Assembly: GCF_963921235.1 (NCBI RefSeq)
Contig: NC_086097.1
Location: 189,412,001 to 189,476,000, forward strand
DNA: 64,000 nt
Source of the DNA: Mobula hypostoma
Lineage: Eukaryota
Reading direction: 5' to 3'
Shown: positions 50,825 to 63,410 of the stretch, in pieces
How the letters are laid out: the number at the start of each line of letters is the position of its first letter
Position numbering within the stretch: the stretch's first letter is position 1
The notes under the pieces: model-generated
What the model was told of the DNA's origin: nothing
The model's input: only the letters and a program-made list of their open reading frames with translations
The model's database searches: none
Translations under genes and position numbers: made by a program

Positions 50825-51600
50825 GTTCAAGGTTCAAAGTAAATGTTATTATCAAAGTACATACATGTCACCATATATGACTCTGAGATTCACTTTCCTA
50901 TGGGCACACTCAGCAAATCTACAGAATAGTAACCATAACAGGATCAATGAAATATCAACCAGAGTGCAGAAGACAACAAACTGTGCAAATGCAAATATCA
51001 ATACATTGCAATAAATAACGAGAACATGAGATAATGAAATAATGGGATAAAGAGTCCCTAAAGTGAGGGTATTGATTGTAGGGACATTTCAATAATGGGG
51101 CAAGTGGGTGTAGTTATTCACTTCCATTCAAGAGTCTGCTTGTTGATGGGTAGTAACTGTTCTTGAACCTGGTGGTGTGAGTCCTGAGGCTCTTGTACCT
51201 TCTATCTGATGTCTGTAGTGCGAAGAGAGCACGACCTGGGTGATGGGGATCTCTGATGATGGATACTGCTTTCCTATGACAGGGTTTCATGCCAGAAAAG
51301 GTTTGAAGCAAGCACTGCTCCATGTATTTAACAAAAAGACGGGCATTGCTTGAATCCATGTTAAGAGCCCATGCCTACAGCTTTGATTTGTAGAAAGTGG
51401 GAGGAATTACAAGAGAAATTGTTGAGGAAGAGAGCAAATTCTGCCTGGAAGGTGAGAGTGATAGTGGAGGAGAATGAGTTGGGTCTTTATTCCAGAACAA
51501 AACAGAGGGCCATAAGACCTTTCTAATAGAATGTCCATGGTAAAGATGAGGTTTTTGGGACCAGACAATTTATTCAAATTCTGGAGACCATTCTGGATAT
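50825..51600 (-). mobile_element. Rex1/Babar 3' end (~50825-51285) fused to a decayed PLE RT fragment (~51285-51600)
   Basis: SIIRDPHHPGRALF..RRYKSLRTHTTRFKNSYYP; LPTYIQ..NLIFTMDI. Confidence 0.65.
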
Positions 51601-51824
51601 AAGTGGGAAGGAACCGGATAAGGGAAGACATGACAGAGCCATTGTGTGAAGAGGTAAGAACAAGCAGCCTGGCTGAACTTATTCTTGTCTTCAACTATTT
51701 TTGCAATTCCTCCCACTTTCTATAGATTAAATGCAAGGTTAACTGTGAAGTTTATGTGTGAAAATGCACACAAGCCTACGATTTCCAGTTCTAACACACA
51801 TCACGGTTTGGTCATCATGAATAT

Positions 51825-52175
51825 GAGATGGTGACGAGGAGGGAAATAGATCATCTGTTTGAGTGGTGTTGCAGCCACAACCTTGCACTCAACATCAGTA
51901 AGACCAAAGAATTGATTGTGGACTTCAGAAGGGACAAGATGAGGGAACACACACCCGTCCTCATAGAAGGATCAGAAGAGAAAAGAGTGAGAAATTTCAA
52001 GTTCTTGTGTGTCATCATCTCTGAGGGTCTATCCTGGACCCAACATATTGATGCAATTGCAAGGAAGACATGACAATGGCTATATTTCCTTTGGATTTTG
52101 AGGAGAATTGGTATGTCACCAAAGGCACATGCACATTTCTACAGAAGTACCATGATGAGTATTCTAAGTGGTTGC
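51825..52175 (+). mobile_element. Rex1/Babar RT fragment
   Basis: WCCSHNLALNISKTKELIVDFRR..FKFL..LSWTQHI. Confidence 0.75.
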
Positions 52176-52177
52176 AT

Positions 52178-54040
52178 ATAGACAATAGACAATAGACAAT
52201 AGGTGCAGAAGTAGACCATTCGGCCCTTCAAGCCTGCAGCACCATTCTGAGATTATGGCTGATCATCTACTATCAATACCCAGTTCCTGCCTTGTCCCCA
52301 TAACCCTTGATTCCCTATCCATAAAATACCTATCTAGCTCCTTCTTGAAAGCATCCAGAGAATTGGCCTCCACTGCCTTCTGAGGCAGCGCGTTCCACAC
52401 CTCCACAACTCTCTGGGAGAAGAAGTTCCTCCTCAACTCTGTCCTAAATGACCTACCCCTTATTCTTAAACCATGCCCTCTGGTACTGGACTCTCCCAGC
52501 ATCTGGAACATATTTCCTGCCTCTATCTTGTCCAATCCCTTAATAATCTTTTCTGTCTCAATCAGATCACCCCTCAATCTCCTTAATTCCAGCGTGTACA
52601 AGCCCAATCTCTCTAACCTCCCTGCGTAAAACAGTCCGGTCATCCCAGGAATTAACCTAGTGAACCTACGCTGCACCTCCTCCACAGCCAGGATGTCCTT
52701 CCTTAACCCTGGAGACCAAAACTGCACACAATACTCCAGGTGTGGTCTCACCAGGGCCCTGTACAAATGCAAAAGGATTTCCTTGCTCTTGTACTCAATT
52801 CCCTTTATAATAAAGGCCAACATTCCATTAGCCTTCTTCACTGCCTGCTGCACTTGCTCATTCACCTTCAGAGACTGATGAACAAGTACTCCTAGATCTC
52901 TTTGTATTTCTCCCTTACCTAACTCCACACCGTTCAGATAATAATCTGCCTTCCTGTTCTTGCTCCCAAAGTGAATAACCTCACACTTATTCACATTAAA
53001 CGCCATCTGCCAAGTTTCTGCCCACTCACCCAGCCTATCCAAGTCACCTTGAATTCTCCTAACATCCTCATCACATGTCACACTGCCACCCAGCTTAGTA
53101 TCATCAGTAAACTTGCTGATGTTATTCACAATGCCTTCTAGATCATTGACGTAAATCGTCAACAGCTGTGGTCCCAATACCGAGCCCTGTGGCACCCCAC
53201 TAGTCACCACCTGCCATTCCGAGAAACACCCATTCACTGCTACCCTTTGCTTTCTACCTGCCAACCAGTTTTGTATCCATGTCAATATCCTCCCCCCAAT
53301 GCCATGAGCTTTGATTTTACCCACCAATCTCCTATGTGGTACCTTATCGAACGCCTTCTGAAAGTCAAGGTACACCACATCCACTGGATCTCCCGCATCT
53401 ATCTTCCTGGTTACATCCTCGAAAAACTCCAATAGATTAGTCAAGCATGATTTGCCCTTGGTAAATCCATGCTGGCTCGGCCCAATCCTATCACTGCTAT
53501 CAAGATATGCCGCTATTTCATCTTTAATAATGGACTCTAGCATCTTCCCCACTACTGATGTTAGGCTAACAGGGCGATAGTCCTCTGTTTTCTCCCTCCC
53601 TCCATTCTTAAAAAGTGGGATAACATTAGCCATTCGCCAATCCTCAGGAACTGATCCTGAATCTAAAGAACATTGGAAAATGATCACCAATGCATTCGCA
53701 ATTTCCAGAGCCACCTCCTTTAGTACCCTCGGATGCAGACCATCTGGACCTGGGGATTTGTTAGCCTTCAGTCCCATCAGTCTACTCATCACCATTTCCT
53801 TCCTAATGTCAATCTGTTTCAGTTCCTCTGTTACCCTATGTCCTTGGCCCATCCATACATCTGGGAGATTGCTTGTGTCTACCCTAGTGAAGACAGGTCC
53901 AAAGTACTTATTAAATTTGTCTGCCATTTCTCTGTTTCTCATAACAATTTCTCCCAATTCATTCTTCAAGGGCCCAACATTGTTCTTAACTATCTTCCTT
54001 CTCTTCACATACCTAAAAAACTTCTGCTATCCTCCTATAT
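52178..54040 (-). mobile_element. Young 5'-truncated CR1 LINE with uninterrupted RT frame (52263-54008, 581 aa) and (ATTGTCT)n tail
   Basis: Open frame with YRPVSLTSVVGK, YLDFQKAFDKVPH, SGVPQGSVLGP and KFTDDTKL; no endonuclease domain; tandem tail at 52178-52202. Confidence 0.93.
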
Positions 54041-54371
54041 AGCAATGTGCTCCTGCTGCAAAACAACAAATTTCATGATGTACAGCATTCCAGTGCTATT
54101 AAACCATAGTTTGATTCTATTAGAACTTAAGGCTTAGGCTTACTGTTGGTGTGGAATCCCAAAAGTGATCTCTGTAACTTATAAAATTGTAAAGGATTCC
54201 AGGTCTTTGAAGAGATCTATTTTTAACTTGCAAAGCTTGTCTGTGGATTTGTCATTAAGCTTCTTTGAGCAATTGGTTTTATGAAATGTTATTCAACTTG
54301 TAACATGTAATTTCTACGGAAGTAGCCAAGACTTCAATATACAGATATAAAGTGAAAAACGAGTTTCTAAA

Positions 54372-55015
54372 AATGAGAGAAAGAATGTGTGTATATAAAT
54401 AATGGATGGGGTACGAGGGGGAGGTGGAGCATTCCCCATCCCATTCCCATTCTGACATGTCTATCCATAGCCTCCTCTACTGTAAAGATGAAGCCACACT
54501 CAGGTTGGAGGAACAACACCTTATATTCTGTCTGGGTAGCCTCCAACCTGATGACTTGAACATTGACTTCTCTAACTTCCACTAATGCCCCACCTCCCCC
54601 GGTACCCCATCCGTTATTTATATACACACATTCTTTCTCTCACTCTCCTTTTTCTCCCTCTGTCCCTCTCACTATACCCCTTGCCCATCCTCTGGGTTTT
54701 TCCCCCCCTCCCCCTTTTCCTTCTCCCTGCGCCTCCTGTCCCATGATCTTCTCATATCCCTTTTGCCAAACACCTGTCCAGCTCTTGGCTCCATCCCTCC
54801 CCCTCCTGTCTTCTCCTATCTTTTTGGATCTCCCCCTCCTCCTCCCACTTTCAAATCTCTTACTAGCTCTTCCTTCACTTAGTCCTGTCGAAGGGTCTCG
54901 GCCTGAAACGTCGATTGTACCTCTTCCTAGAGATGCTGCCTGGCCTGCTGCGTTCACCAGCAACTTTGATGTGTGTTGCTTGAATTTCTAGCATCTGCAG
55001 AATTCCTCGTGTTTG
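54372..55015 (+). mobile_element. Penelope-like element 3' part with an inverted partial pseudo-LTR at its 5' end
   Basis: 54372-54433 is the reverse complement of ~54583-54642. It is followed by the endonuclease C-terminus, a CT-rich spacer, a hammerhead motif and the tail. Confidence 0.85.
54881..54916 (+). ncRNA. Minimal type-I hammerhead motif, core mutated (CUGUCGA)
   Basis: AGTC-CTGTCGA-AGGGTCTCGGCCT-GAAA-CGTC-GATT. Confidence 0.6.
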
Positions 55016-57569
55016 CACCTCCCTTAAGCTAATTTAAATGGTTTACCTAGTTCATGATTAATTCCCTGCCAAATATCCAAAAACTCATATTGTAGAACAG
55101 CAGAAAATTTTAAAATAAATTCAGGAATATGTAATAAAATTCCTTCTTAATGTAAATGAGAACATACTTGCACCAATAATTTATGCTGCAGTAAATTTGA
55201 ATCATAGAGGCCATTTTTTAGATGTCACCAGTCAAACTGACAAGAGATAATGTTATCAAACTGTTTTGGAAAATTAAAAGTTAATCCTTAGACCTTCCTT
55301 TGTCTGAACCTTAAACCATGCAATTTTACATTTTGGCTATGTCGCCTGCTAAAGAGGTATTCCGATCTCATTAGCTTGCAAATCTTATTCAAATTAGGGG
55401 AATTATCTACTGCATCCAAAGAGAAATTACTTGGAGCAACTTTGCTGAATGCTTCTGAGTCATAAAATGAGCAGCTATGCTATTATTTCATTGAGACGGC
55501 AGCTGTCATGTTTTAAGTGGATTTGTTCAAAAACCAGCCAGAACAATTGGAAAGAAGAGCAAAGTTTCATCACCCTGACGCTTCATCAGTTTAGCAACCA
55601 CTAATTTTTGTCTTCAGATTTTGTTCTGATGTTGGGGATGGCCTGAAATTTTGCTGCTTATAATATATATGTATAACAGAATGATGATATATTAGTGCCG
55701 TCTAACAGACTTGGGATCATTGCTGGAAGTTGCCGATTTATATACAGTATCATCTCATATGGATATCCAAAATCATAAAGATCTAAGTGGTTAATAGAAG
55801 ACATTTTAAGGCAACATAAGTAGGAGCTCAGTGAAGCCGTTTTTGAGTGGAGAGGGGCTGAGGAAAGAATTGCTCTTCCTCTTGCCAATGTTTAACTTAC
55901 TATGGACTGTAATTTTCTCCAATATAAATAATGATGGCATAGTGGGCTTCCCAATTACAATAAGCCTTTTCATACACATCTAAAAACACCTACTGGAGTG
56001 TTTTGACTTGATTCAGATTACTTCAGAGCTAGCCTGAACCTGCTGGATGGTACTCAAAAATTTGTCGAAGAGTCCATTGCTATGCATATCCTGATTGAAA
56101 TATAGGCTGTGATGAAGTTTTACCGCAAATTCCAGGAAAAAAACAATTCTTCAAAGGCACAAGATTTCCAGGTAGGTTAAAAGGTGACAAACAACCTTAA
56201 CTTTTATTCATTAGATATATTCCATGCTGCTGTACATCAGCAGGAGAAACCAATTATTTTATTTTCACAGGAGTAAAATCTAAATAATAAATGTTCTTGC
56301 TAGAAAACTCCTACCCCACTGACAGCTAAAAATGAATGGATTAGACAGTTTTAAACAGTGGTAGCATTCCTTTAGACCCAACATGCTCCCTCACACACAG
56401 AGGCACTCCTTTCATATCTCTGGTTTATATTGGCATGCTTCTCCCTTCCAATGTCTCAGTATAACATTTTACTCAAATCCTATACTCAGTCTCCATTTTA
56501 TTTTCTGACTGTCTCCTTACCCATTTCTATAAATACCAACACTTCCTTCCAGCTCATGTTGATGCTTCTAACAATTTCAACTTTAATTTCTGTATTTTTT
56601 CCTTTGGAGAGGACAAAACGAATCCTCAGATTAGTGCAAAATATACACAGATATTTACTGCTTTATAATCCCACTTTTCCTTATTAAGCAATTTTATTAC
56701 TTAAAAATGTAGTTTTTTGCATTTTTAAACAATTTCTATATACAGTGAATTAATACAGAACATAATACAAATTTAGTTTTCACTTATCTCATTTTCTTAT
56801 TCATAATACAGTGATTAAAATCTCATAAAATAATTTTTTTGGAAAAGCAGATTCACTGAAAGATTGTTTATCACAGAATATTCAAAGTAATCATGAAAAT
56901 GATGAGAATCATTTACTACCTCGAAGGTGCAAATAAACCTTCATATTTACCATCCATAACCCTAGCTTTTGGCATTATGATAATCCATCAGTTCAATTCC
57001 CATAACATTTTTGCTCTGCACTAAAGTCAGATTACATTATTAATGACGCTTGATAGCTTTCTGGTGCATTTAGTGCTTATTGTAGCCCAGGGATATTTTT
57101 TATGTAGAAATTATGCTCTTGTCAGTGAGAATTTTTAAAGTAGTTAGTCTACAATATAATGGAATGCTTTCTAGTCTACAATAATTCATAAAAGGCTTCT
57201 TCAATCAATGACAATGATCACTCCATTGGAAAACTTCGGGAAGGTAAATAAAGGAATCTGTAAGTGAATACTCCAGGAACTGTGGAATACCAAAGACTTT
57301 TGAGCACATATCCACAGAACAGGTTAAGAAAGGATGTTAGTTAGGGACTGAGATCCAAATTTTCAGCAATGGCATCAGCACAGCTTTAAACTGCAATTAC
57401 CTTAATCATCCGCCATCCTGTATACTTCCACTACGTGTTATTTTCAAACATATTGATGACCTGACTAGTAACGTAGCCAATATGACATGCTTCAAATGTA
57501 CTGGATACATAGAGCCATGATTTTGGGCAGCAAATTAATGGGATCTTCCAACTCATCGTGTCCAGGTTT

Positions 57570-57900
57570 TTTTGTTCAGCTGCTATAATCCCATTTGCCC
57601 ACACTGTGTGCATATCTTACTATACCTGCCAAAATATCTTTTGAACCTAATATTTGTATCTGATTCCACCAACTCCTCTGACAGTACAATCCAGATATCA
57701 ACCACTCCCTGTGTAAAAGACTTTCCTCTCTTCATCCCCTTTAAACTCTTATCTTAAGCTTAGGCCCTCTTGTTTTTAGTACCTCTACCATGGGTAAAAG
57801 ATTTTGTTTATGGACCCATCTATACCTCCTATAATTATATGTACCTCTATCATGTCACACCTCAGACTCGCTCACTACAAAGAAAACAATGCCCATAATT
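57570..57900 (-). mobile_element. Decayed CR1 3' end
   Basis: Reverse-strand FTQGVVDIWIVL-like motif and UTR. Confidence 0.55.
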
Positions 57901-57919
57901 GAAATCCTGCAATCTAGGC

Positions 57920-59560
57920 AACATACTGGAAACAATGCTGGAGAGGTAGTAATGGGGGGCAGGGAAACGGAGGATGAACTGAATAAGTATTTTGCATCAG
58001 TCTTCACTGTGGAAGACACTAGCAGCATGATGCAAGTTCCAAGTGTCGGGCTCATGAATATGTGTGAAGTTACTATTGCTAAGCAGAAGGTTCTTGGAAA
58101 ACTGAAAGGTCTGAAGGTAGATAAGTCAACTAGCCTAGATAGTGTAAACCACAGGATCCTGAAAGAGGTGGCTGAAGAGATTGTGGAAGCATTAGTAATG
58201 ATCTTTCAAGGATCACAAGATTCTGGTATGGTTCCGGATGACCGGAAAATTGCAAGTGTCACTCCACTCTTCAAGAAGGGAGAGAGTCAGAAGAAAGGAT
58301 ATTATGGGCCAGTTAGTCTGACCTCAGTAGTTGGGAAGATGGAGTCAATTGTTAAGGATGTGGTTTCGGTGTACTTAGGGGCACATGATAAAATAGGCCA
58401 TAGTCAGCATGGTTTCCTCAAAGGAATTCTTTGAAGAAATAACAAGCGGGATAGACAAAGGAGAATTGGTTGATGTTGTGTACTTGGATTTTCAGAAGGC
58501 CTTTGCCAAGATACCACACACAAGGCTGCTTAACAAGTTACAAGCCCATGGTATTACAGGAAAGATTCTAGCATGGATAAAACAGTGGCTGATTGGCAGG
58601 AGGCAAAGAGTGAGAATAAAGGGAGCTTTTTCTGGATGGCAGCTGGTGACTAGTGGTGCTCCACAGGGGTCTGTTGGGACCAATTCTTTTTACATTATAT
58701 GTCAGTTATTTGGAGGATGGAATTGATGGCTTTGTTGCAAAATTTGAAGATGATACAAAGATAGGTGGAGGGGCAGGTAGCTTTGAGAAAGTAGAGAGGG
58801 TACAAAAGGACTGAGACAGATTAGTAGAATGGGCAAAGAACTGGCAGATGAAATACAATGTTGGGAAGTGTATGGTCATGTAGATGAAGCAAAAGGCTTA
58901 CTATTTCCTAAGTGGAGAGAAAATACAAAAATCTGAGCAGCAAAGGGACTTGGGGGTCCTTGTGCAGGATTCCCTAGGTTAATTTGTACGTTGAGTCTCG
59001 TGTGGAAGGCAAATGCAATGTTAGCATTCATTTCAACAGGAGTAGAATATAAAAGCAAGGATGTAATATTGAGACTTTTAAAGTGCCGGTGAGGCCTCAC
59101 TTGGAATATTGTGAGCAGATTTGGGCCCCTTATCTTAGAAACTATATGCTGAAACTGGAGAGTGTTCAAAGGAGGTTCATGAAAATGATTCCAGATTGAA
59201 CAGCTTGTCAGCGTTTGATAGCACTGGGCCTGTATTCACAGGAATTCAGAAGAATGAGGGGGGACCTCATTGAAACCTATCGAATGGTGAAAGGTCTTGA
59301 TAGAGTGGATGTGACAAGGATGTTTCCTGTGGTGGGAGTGTCTAAGACCAGAGGACACAGCCACAGAATAGAGGGGTGTCCTTTTAAAATGGAGATGAGG
59401 AGGAATTTCGTTAGCCAGAGAGTGGTGATTCTGTGGAATTTGCTGCTGCAGGCAGCTGTGGAAACCAAGTCTTTATGTATATTTAAGGCAGACATTGATA
59501 TACTCTAGATTTTTCAGGGCACGTAGGGGGAAGGTGGGAGATTGGGACTGAGAGGAAAAA
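57920..59560 (+). mobile_element. CR1 LINE ORF2 fragment
   Basis: LNKYFASVFT, VVYLDFQKAFAKIPH, RRMRGDLIETYRM, RRNFVSQRVVILWN. Confidence 0.9.
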
Positions 59561-59584
59561 TGGTGAATTAATTTTCTTCTACTA

Positions 59585-62418
59585 GAAGGTCGCCATTTCA
59601 CAGTGTTCTTTGAATGCTGATGTTGGGAGAAGAAGGCACATAGGTGTAGCTTTTAGTCTGAGATGGCTCGTTGAGATAGCACAGCTCTAACTCTGATGTA
59701 TGAGGCCTCAACCTCCACTACTAAAGGTCAGCTCGGATCAGAGGAAACAAATACGGGTGTTGAAATAAATCTGTTCTTGAGATCCCAGAAAGTGGCTTGT
59801 GCATCTGGAGTCCAACAGAAAGACCCAGTGGATCTTTTAGTGAGGTTGGTAAGTGGAGCGAATGAAGCCCCAACAGAAATTTGCAAACCCTAAAAAAGCA
59901 TTAGGGTCATTTGACTGACGTAGCTTATGGCCAATTTTGTATTACTTGGGTCTTCTCATGGTCTTACTCTAACTTCTCAAGAGTGTATGAAGATGTAACC
60001 AAGGATTCGGGAAATGTCTGGAGAATGAATAAGATGGAAACGAATCATCTTCTCGTGCTTTTAAAGTCAACTGAGAGTGACAGAAAGATAAAAGATTTGC
60101 CCAGGTTCCAACAGTCTACCATCCTGGGCTGTAGCAGAGATAGACTGGTTGAGGCATACCTTAGGAATTTGGATTCTTTCTTAAAGTCCAATGTCCAAAA
60201 AATTCCCCACCAAACCAGATTCTATCAAGGCTCCCAAGATAATAGGGATGTTAAAACCACTCCAGGGCTTGTCAAAATTGGAGAGACTTGAGACCCTTAC
60301 AGTTCTCTCCTCATTGGAAGGTTCTGGGAGTTTCCTGACAACTTGGGGTACCTGTTACTCATACGTCTTTCTTGCTTTGCTGGGGAGACTTGGGTTCTTC
60401 CAAATTGCATGGGTTCTTCTGGAGATTAATGTAGGAATCTGCGTTGGTTATCAGTTTGAGGAACCGCAATAGATATTGGGTAGATTTGAGAACTGGCCCT
60501 CTGGGTGAACTCGCCATATATCTCCCTCCTTTCAGAATTAAGGTTGTCAATTCTTATGGCTATGTCCATAAGTTCTTCCAAATCTTGCACCTGGTCCCTG
60601 ACCTCAAGAATTCCTTTAAGCTAGTTATTTAATCCCTGTGTTACGAGAATACACATAAAATTAAGATGTTTGCTGGCCTGGGCTAGCATCAGTGGCATCA
60701 GCAGTTGGTCTGCCACCTGCCCTCAGGGGAAGGAGAGATAAGGAACAATGGAGCAGCGTCTGGAGATGTGTAATGGAGGGACGTGGGAGAGGGAGCTGTC
60801 TGGAGCGGCTCCCCCTTTGAACCCTGAACTGTTTGAAGTGATGGACAGGCGATACCCCAGCAGGGGGATAAAAAGGGGACAGGTTCGCTAAGACAGGACA
60901 CACACGCCACCCGAGGTAACGAGACCCTGGAAGCGGTGCGCCTCTCACGAGTGGGTGAGAAGTGCCAGACAACGACAAGGGTGGAAAGGTACGATCAGTG
61001 GGAACCCGGTGTGTGTCCGCCCTTGCCTGGGTGCCGGATTCACTGCAGAGGATCGACCGCATCTGGAGGAGGGGTCACAGTCGGTGACCTCAGGTGACAT
61101 CACCAAGGACCCCCCCAAAAGTTGCTCGTGAGCAATCTCGCTGGTCTGTGAGTGAAGCTGTGCTGAATGATGAGTTGTTCCTGTTCTCTCTGTCTCTCTT
61201 CCCCCACCTTGTCCATCGCCATGGCAACGATTACTGCGAACTGAACTACTAACTGGACTGAACTTTGAGTCATTTTGAAATTGGTCATTTACCCCTAGAC
61301 AACGATAGAGCTTGATTGATGCTGTTATCTTAATTCTGTGCACATGTGTGGTTATCATTGTTGAATTGTTGCATTTATTATCCTTTCGATTACTGTGGTG
61401 CTTGTTTCTTTAATAAAACTTTCTTAGTTCTAGTACTCCAGACTCCAACTGAGTGATCCATTTCTGCTGGTTTGGCAACCCAGTTACGGGGTACGTAACA
61501 CCTGTCTAAACAGAACAACCAAATCCTCATTGTTCCACCCACTCTCTGCCACTAGGATACGGAAATCAATGGAATAGTTGTCCATGGATTGCACACCCTG
61601 ACTGCTGGAGGAATCCACTGGCAGCTTCTGAGGCCCTGGCAGGATGAAAGAACACCCTCCTCATAATTCTTAGAAATAAATTTATATCAGAACACATGGG
61701 AGTGTTCTTCTCCCATGTTGCCCACGAAAGGACCTTGACTGAGAACAGGGAAATTATATTGGCCACTTTACTCTGGTCCAAGGGGAACTTCGTGGGTTGT
61801 AATTCCAAGACTAGGGAGTATTGATTTAAGAACCTGCGGAAAGAATCATTGTACCACTCTGGGGCTGGCAGGTTAATTAACTCACCGTGGTGATTCTGGG
61901 AACACATAGCAGGACACACAGTCGAATGCTCCAAACCAGAGTCCATCCCTGAGGGACGTGCATCACACCTACTGGTCTCAGAGTTCTGCAATGATGCAAG
62001 TATCTCCTGGAGAAACTGCTCATGGCATCCAACTGCTTGTCCTTGGCAGGCCAATGCTGTGCAAAGTTGATCAATCACTGCTGGGTCCATGATTGGCTGT
62101 GTCCTCCAGTAACAATCTTCAGATGGGCAGAATCCAGGTGTGGAGTAAACTCAGGATCAGTGATGAGCACTGGTCTGGAATAACCTTAAATAGAGCATAA
62201 AACACAGGAAACCCGTGCAAGTTAAAAACAAAAACTAATCACTTAAGAACGAGAAGCATAAATCAACCATATTCACATAACGAGCGTCACAGAAAGTATG
62301 AAGCTTAATGATAAAAGGAATTAATAAACAATCCTAATAACCTCCAATGAGTGACATTCAGGTGTGTCAAGACCTACCGCTACCTGGCGCCACTTGCTGG
62401 TCTGAAGGGCTCATGACA
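59585..62418 (-). mobile_element. Sushi-like Ty3/Gypsy LTR retrotransposon, decayed: putative 5' LTR ~62108-62418, gag 62090-61566, pol remnants to ~59585
   Basis: gag MDPA..LPAPEWY..FLNQYSL..P..F..D.SKVANIISL..LSWAT. RNase H remnant PDPS*PLVVEVEAS..RAVLSQR..KLHLCAFFS at ~59630-59745. TGTCATGA start at 62418. Confidence 0.75.
60639..61500 (+). mobile_element. Solo LTR, 862 bp, 4-bp TSD
   Basis: TGTTACG...CGTAACA terminal inverted repeat, TSD CCTG (60635-60638, 61501-61504), TATA-like GATAAAAAGG at ~60867, AATAAA at 61412, and CpG-rich sequence. Confidence 0.88.
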
Positions 62419-62419
62419 A

Positions 62420-63410
62420 CTTGTTGTCACCTATCTCACTTGTTTTCACTTTGTGGGATGTGTTAGCATTCAAGCCCTGCCACAGTTGTCGAGCATCCTT
62501 CAGTGATTCAAATTTGGTCCAGAATTACCACTTTGCATGTGAGGTGACTTTCCAGAGGTTGTACCTGGAGACCTCTGTATTTTATTTGGTTGCCAGACCA
62601 GAACACCATTGATCTGGTCCTGAGAAGACTGCTGATCTCATGATTCATACAGGGCTTCTGGTTGCAGAAGACCTTTGTCTCTTGATTTTGAGAGATCTTG
62701 AGTGGATGCACTTATTCACAACTGTTTTTATAAAGTCTGCGACAACCATGGCATATTCGTTCAGATCCACAGGTGTGTCCTTGAACATGGCCCAGTCCGT
62801 TGACTCAAACCAATCTTGTAGCCACTCCTCTGCCTCCCATGACCACCTCTTTATTGTCCTTACCTCTGTAGTATTGCTAATTAACTTCTGCTTGTATGTA
62901 GGTGGGAGGATAGCCAGATGGTCAGGTTTTCCAAAATACAGTCTAGAAATGGAACAGTAGGAATTCCTAGGTATCATAGTGTTCGAGCGGTTTTGGACCC
63001 TTGTGCTGTAGGTGATAAGTTCATGATAATTGTGCAGAGATTTCTTCAAACAAGCCTGATTGAAGTCCCCAGCAATGATTGGAAAGGTGTTGGGGTAGGC
63101 CCTTTTTTTTCTTTGCTGATCATGGCACTCAGTGCTTAGAATGCCTGGTTAACACTTTGCCTTTTTTTGGTAGTTACACTGTGGTCAGGATAAGAGAGGA
63201 GGACTCTCTTGGTAAGTAGAATGGTTGGCACGTAATTATTAAGTATGCCAGGTGTGGAGAACAAGAGTGCGACAAACCCGCTATGTCCGAAGACCATGAA
63301 GAGTTGATCATGAAACATAGACCCCCATCTTTTGACTTCTCCGAATCAACAGTCCAGTTCATCCAGTGTATCGAGAACAACCTGCACAGGCACGTCCCAC
63401 ACTTTGAAAC
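62420..63410 (-). mobile_element. Rex1/Babar LINE endonuclease/linker fragment
   Basis: GGLCFMINSSW, CQPFYLPRE, FGKPDHLAILPPTYKQKL, WSWEAEEWLQDWFESTDWAMFK. Confidence 0.8.

Noticed and set aside
61566..62090. Domesticated gag gene (PEG10/RTL-like)
   Set aside because: The frame degrades at its 3' end, the downstream pol is ruined and a solo LTR interrupts the element, which fits a decayed Gypsy copy.
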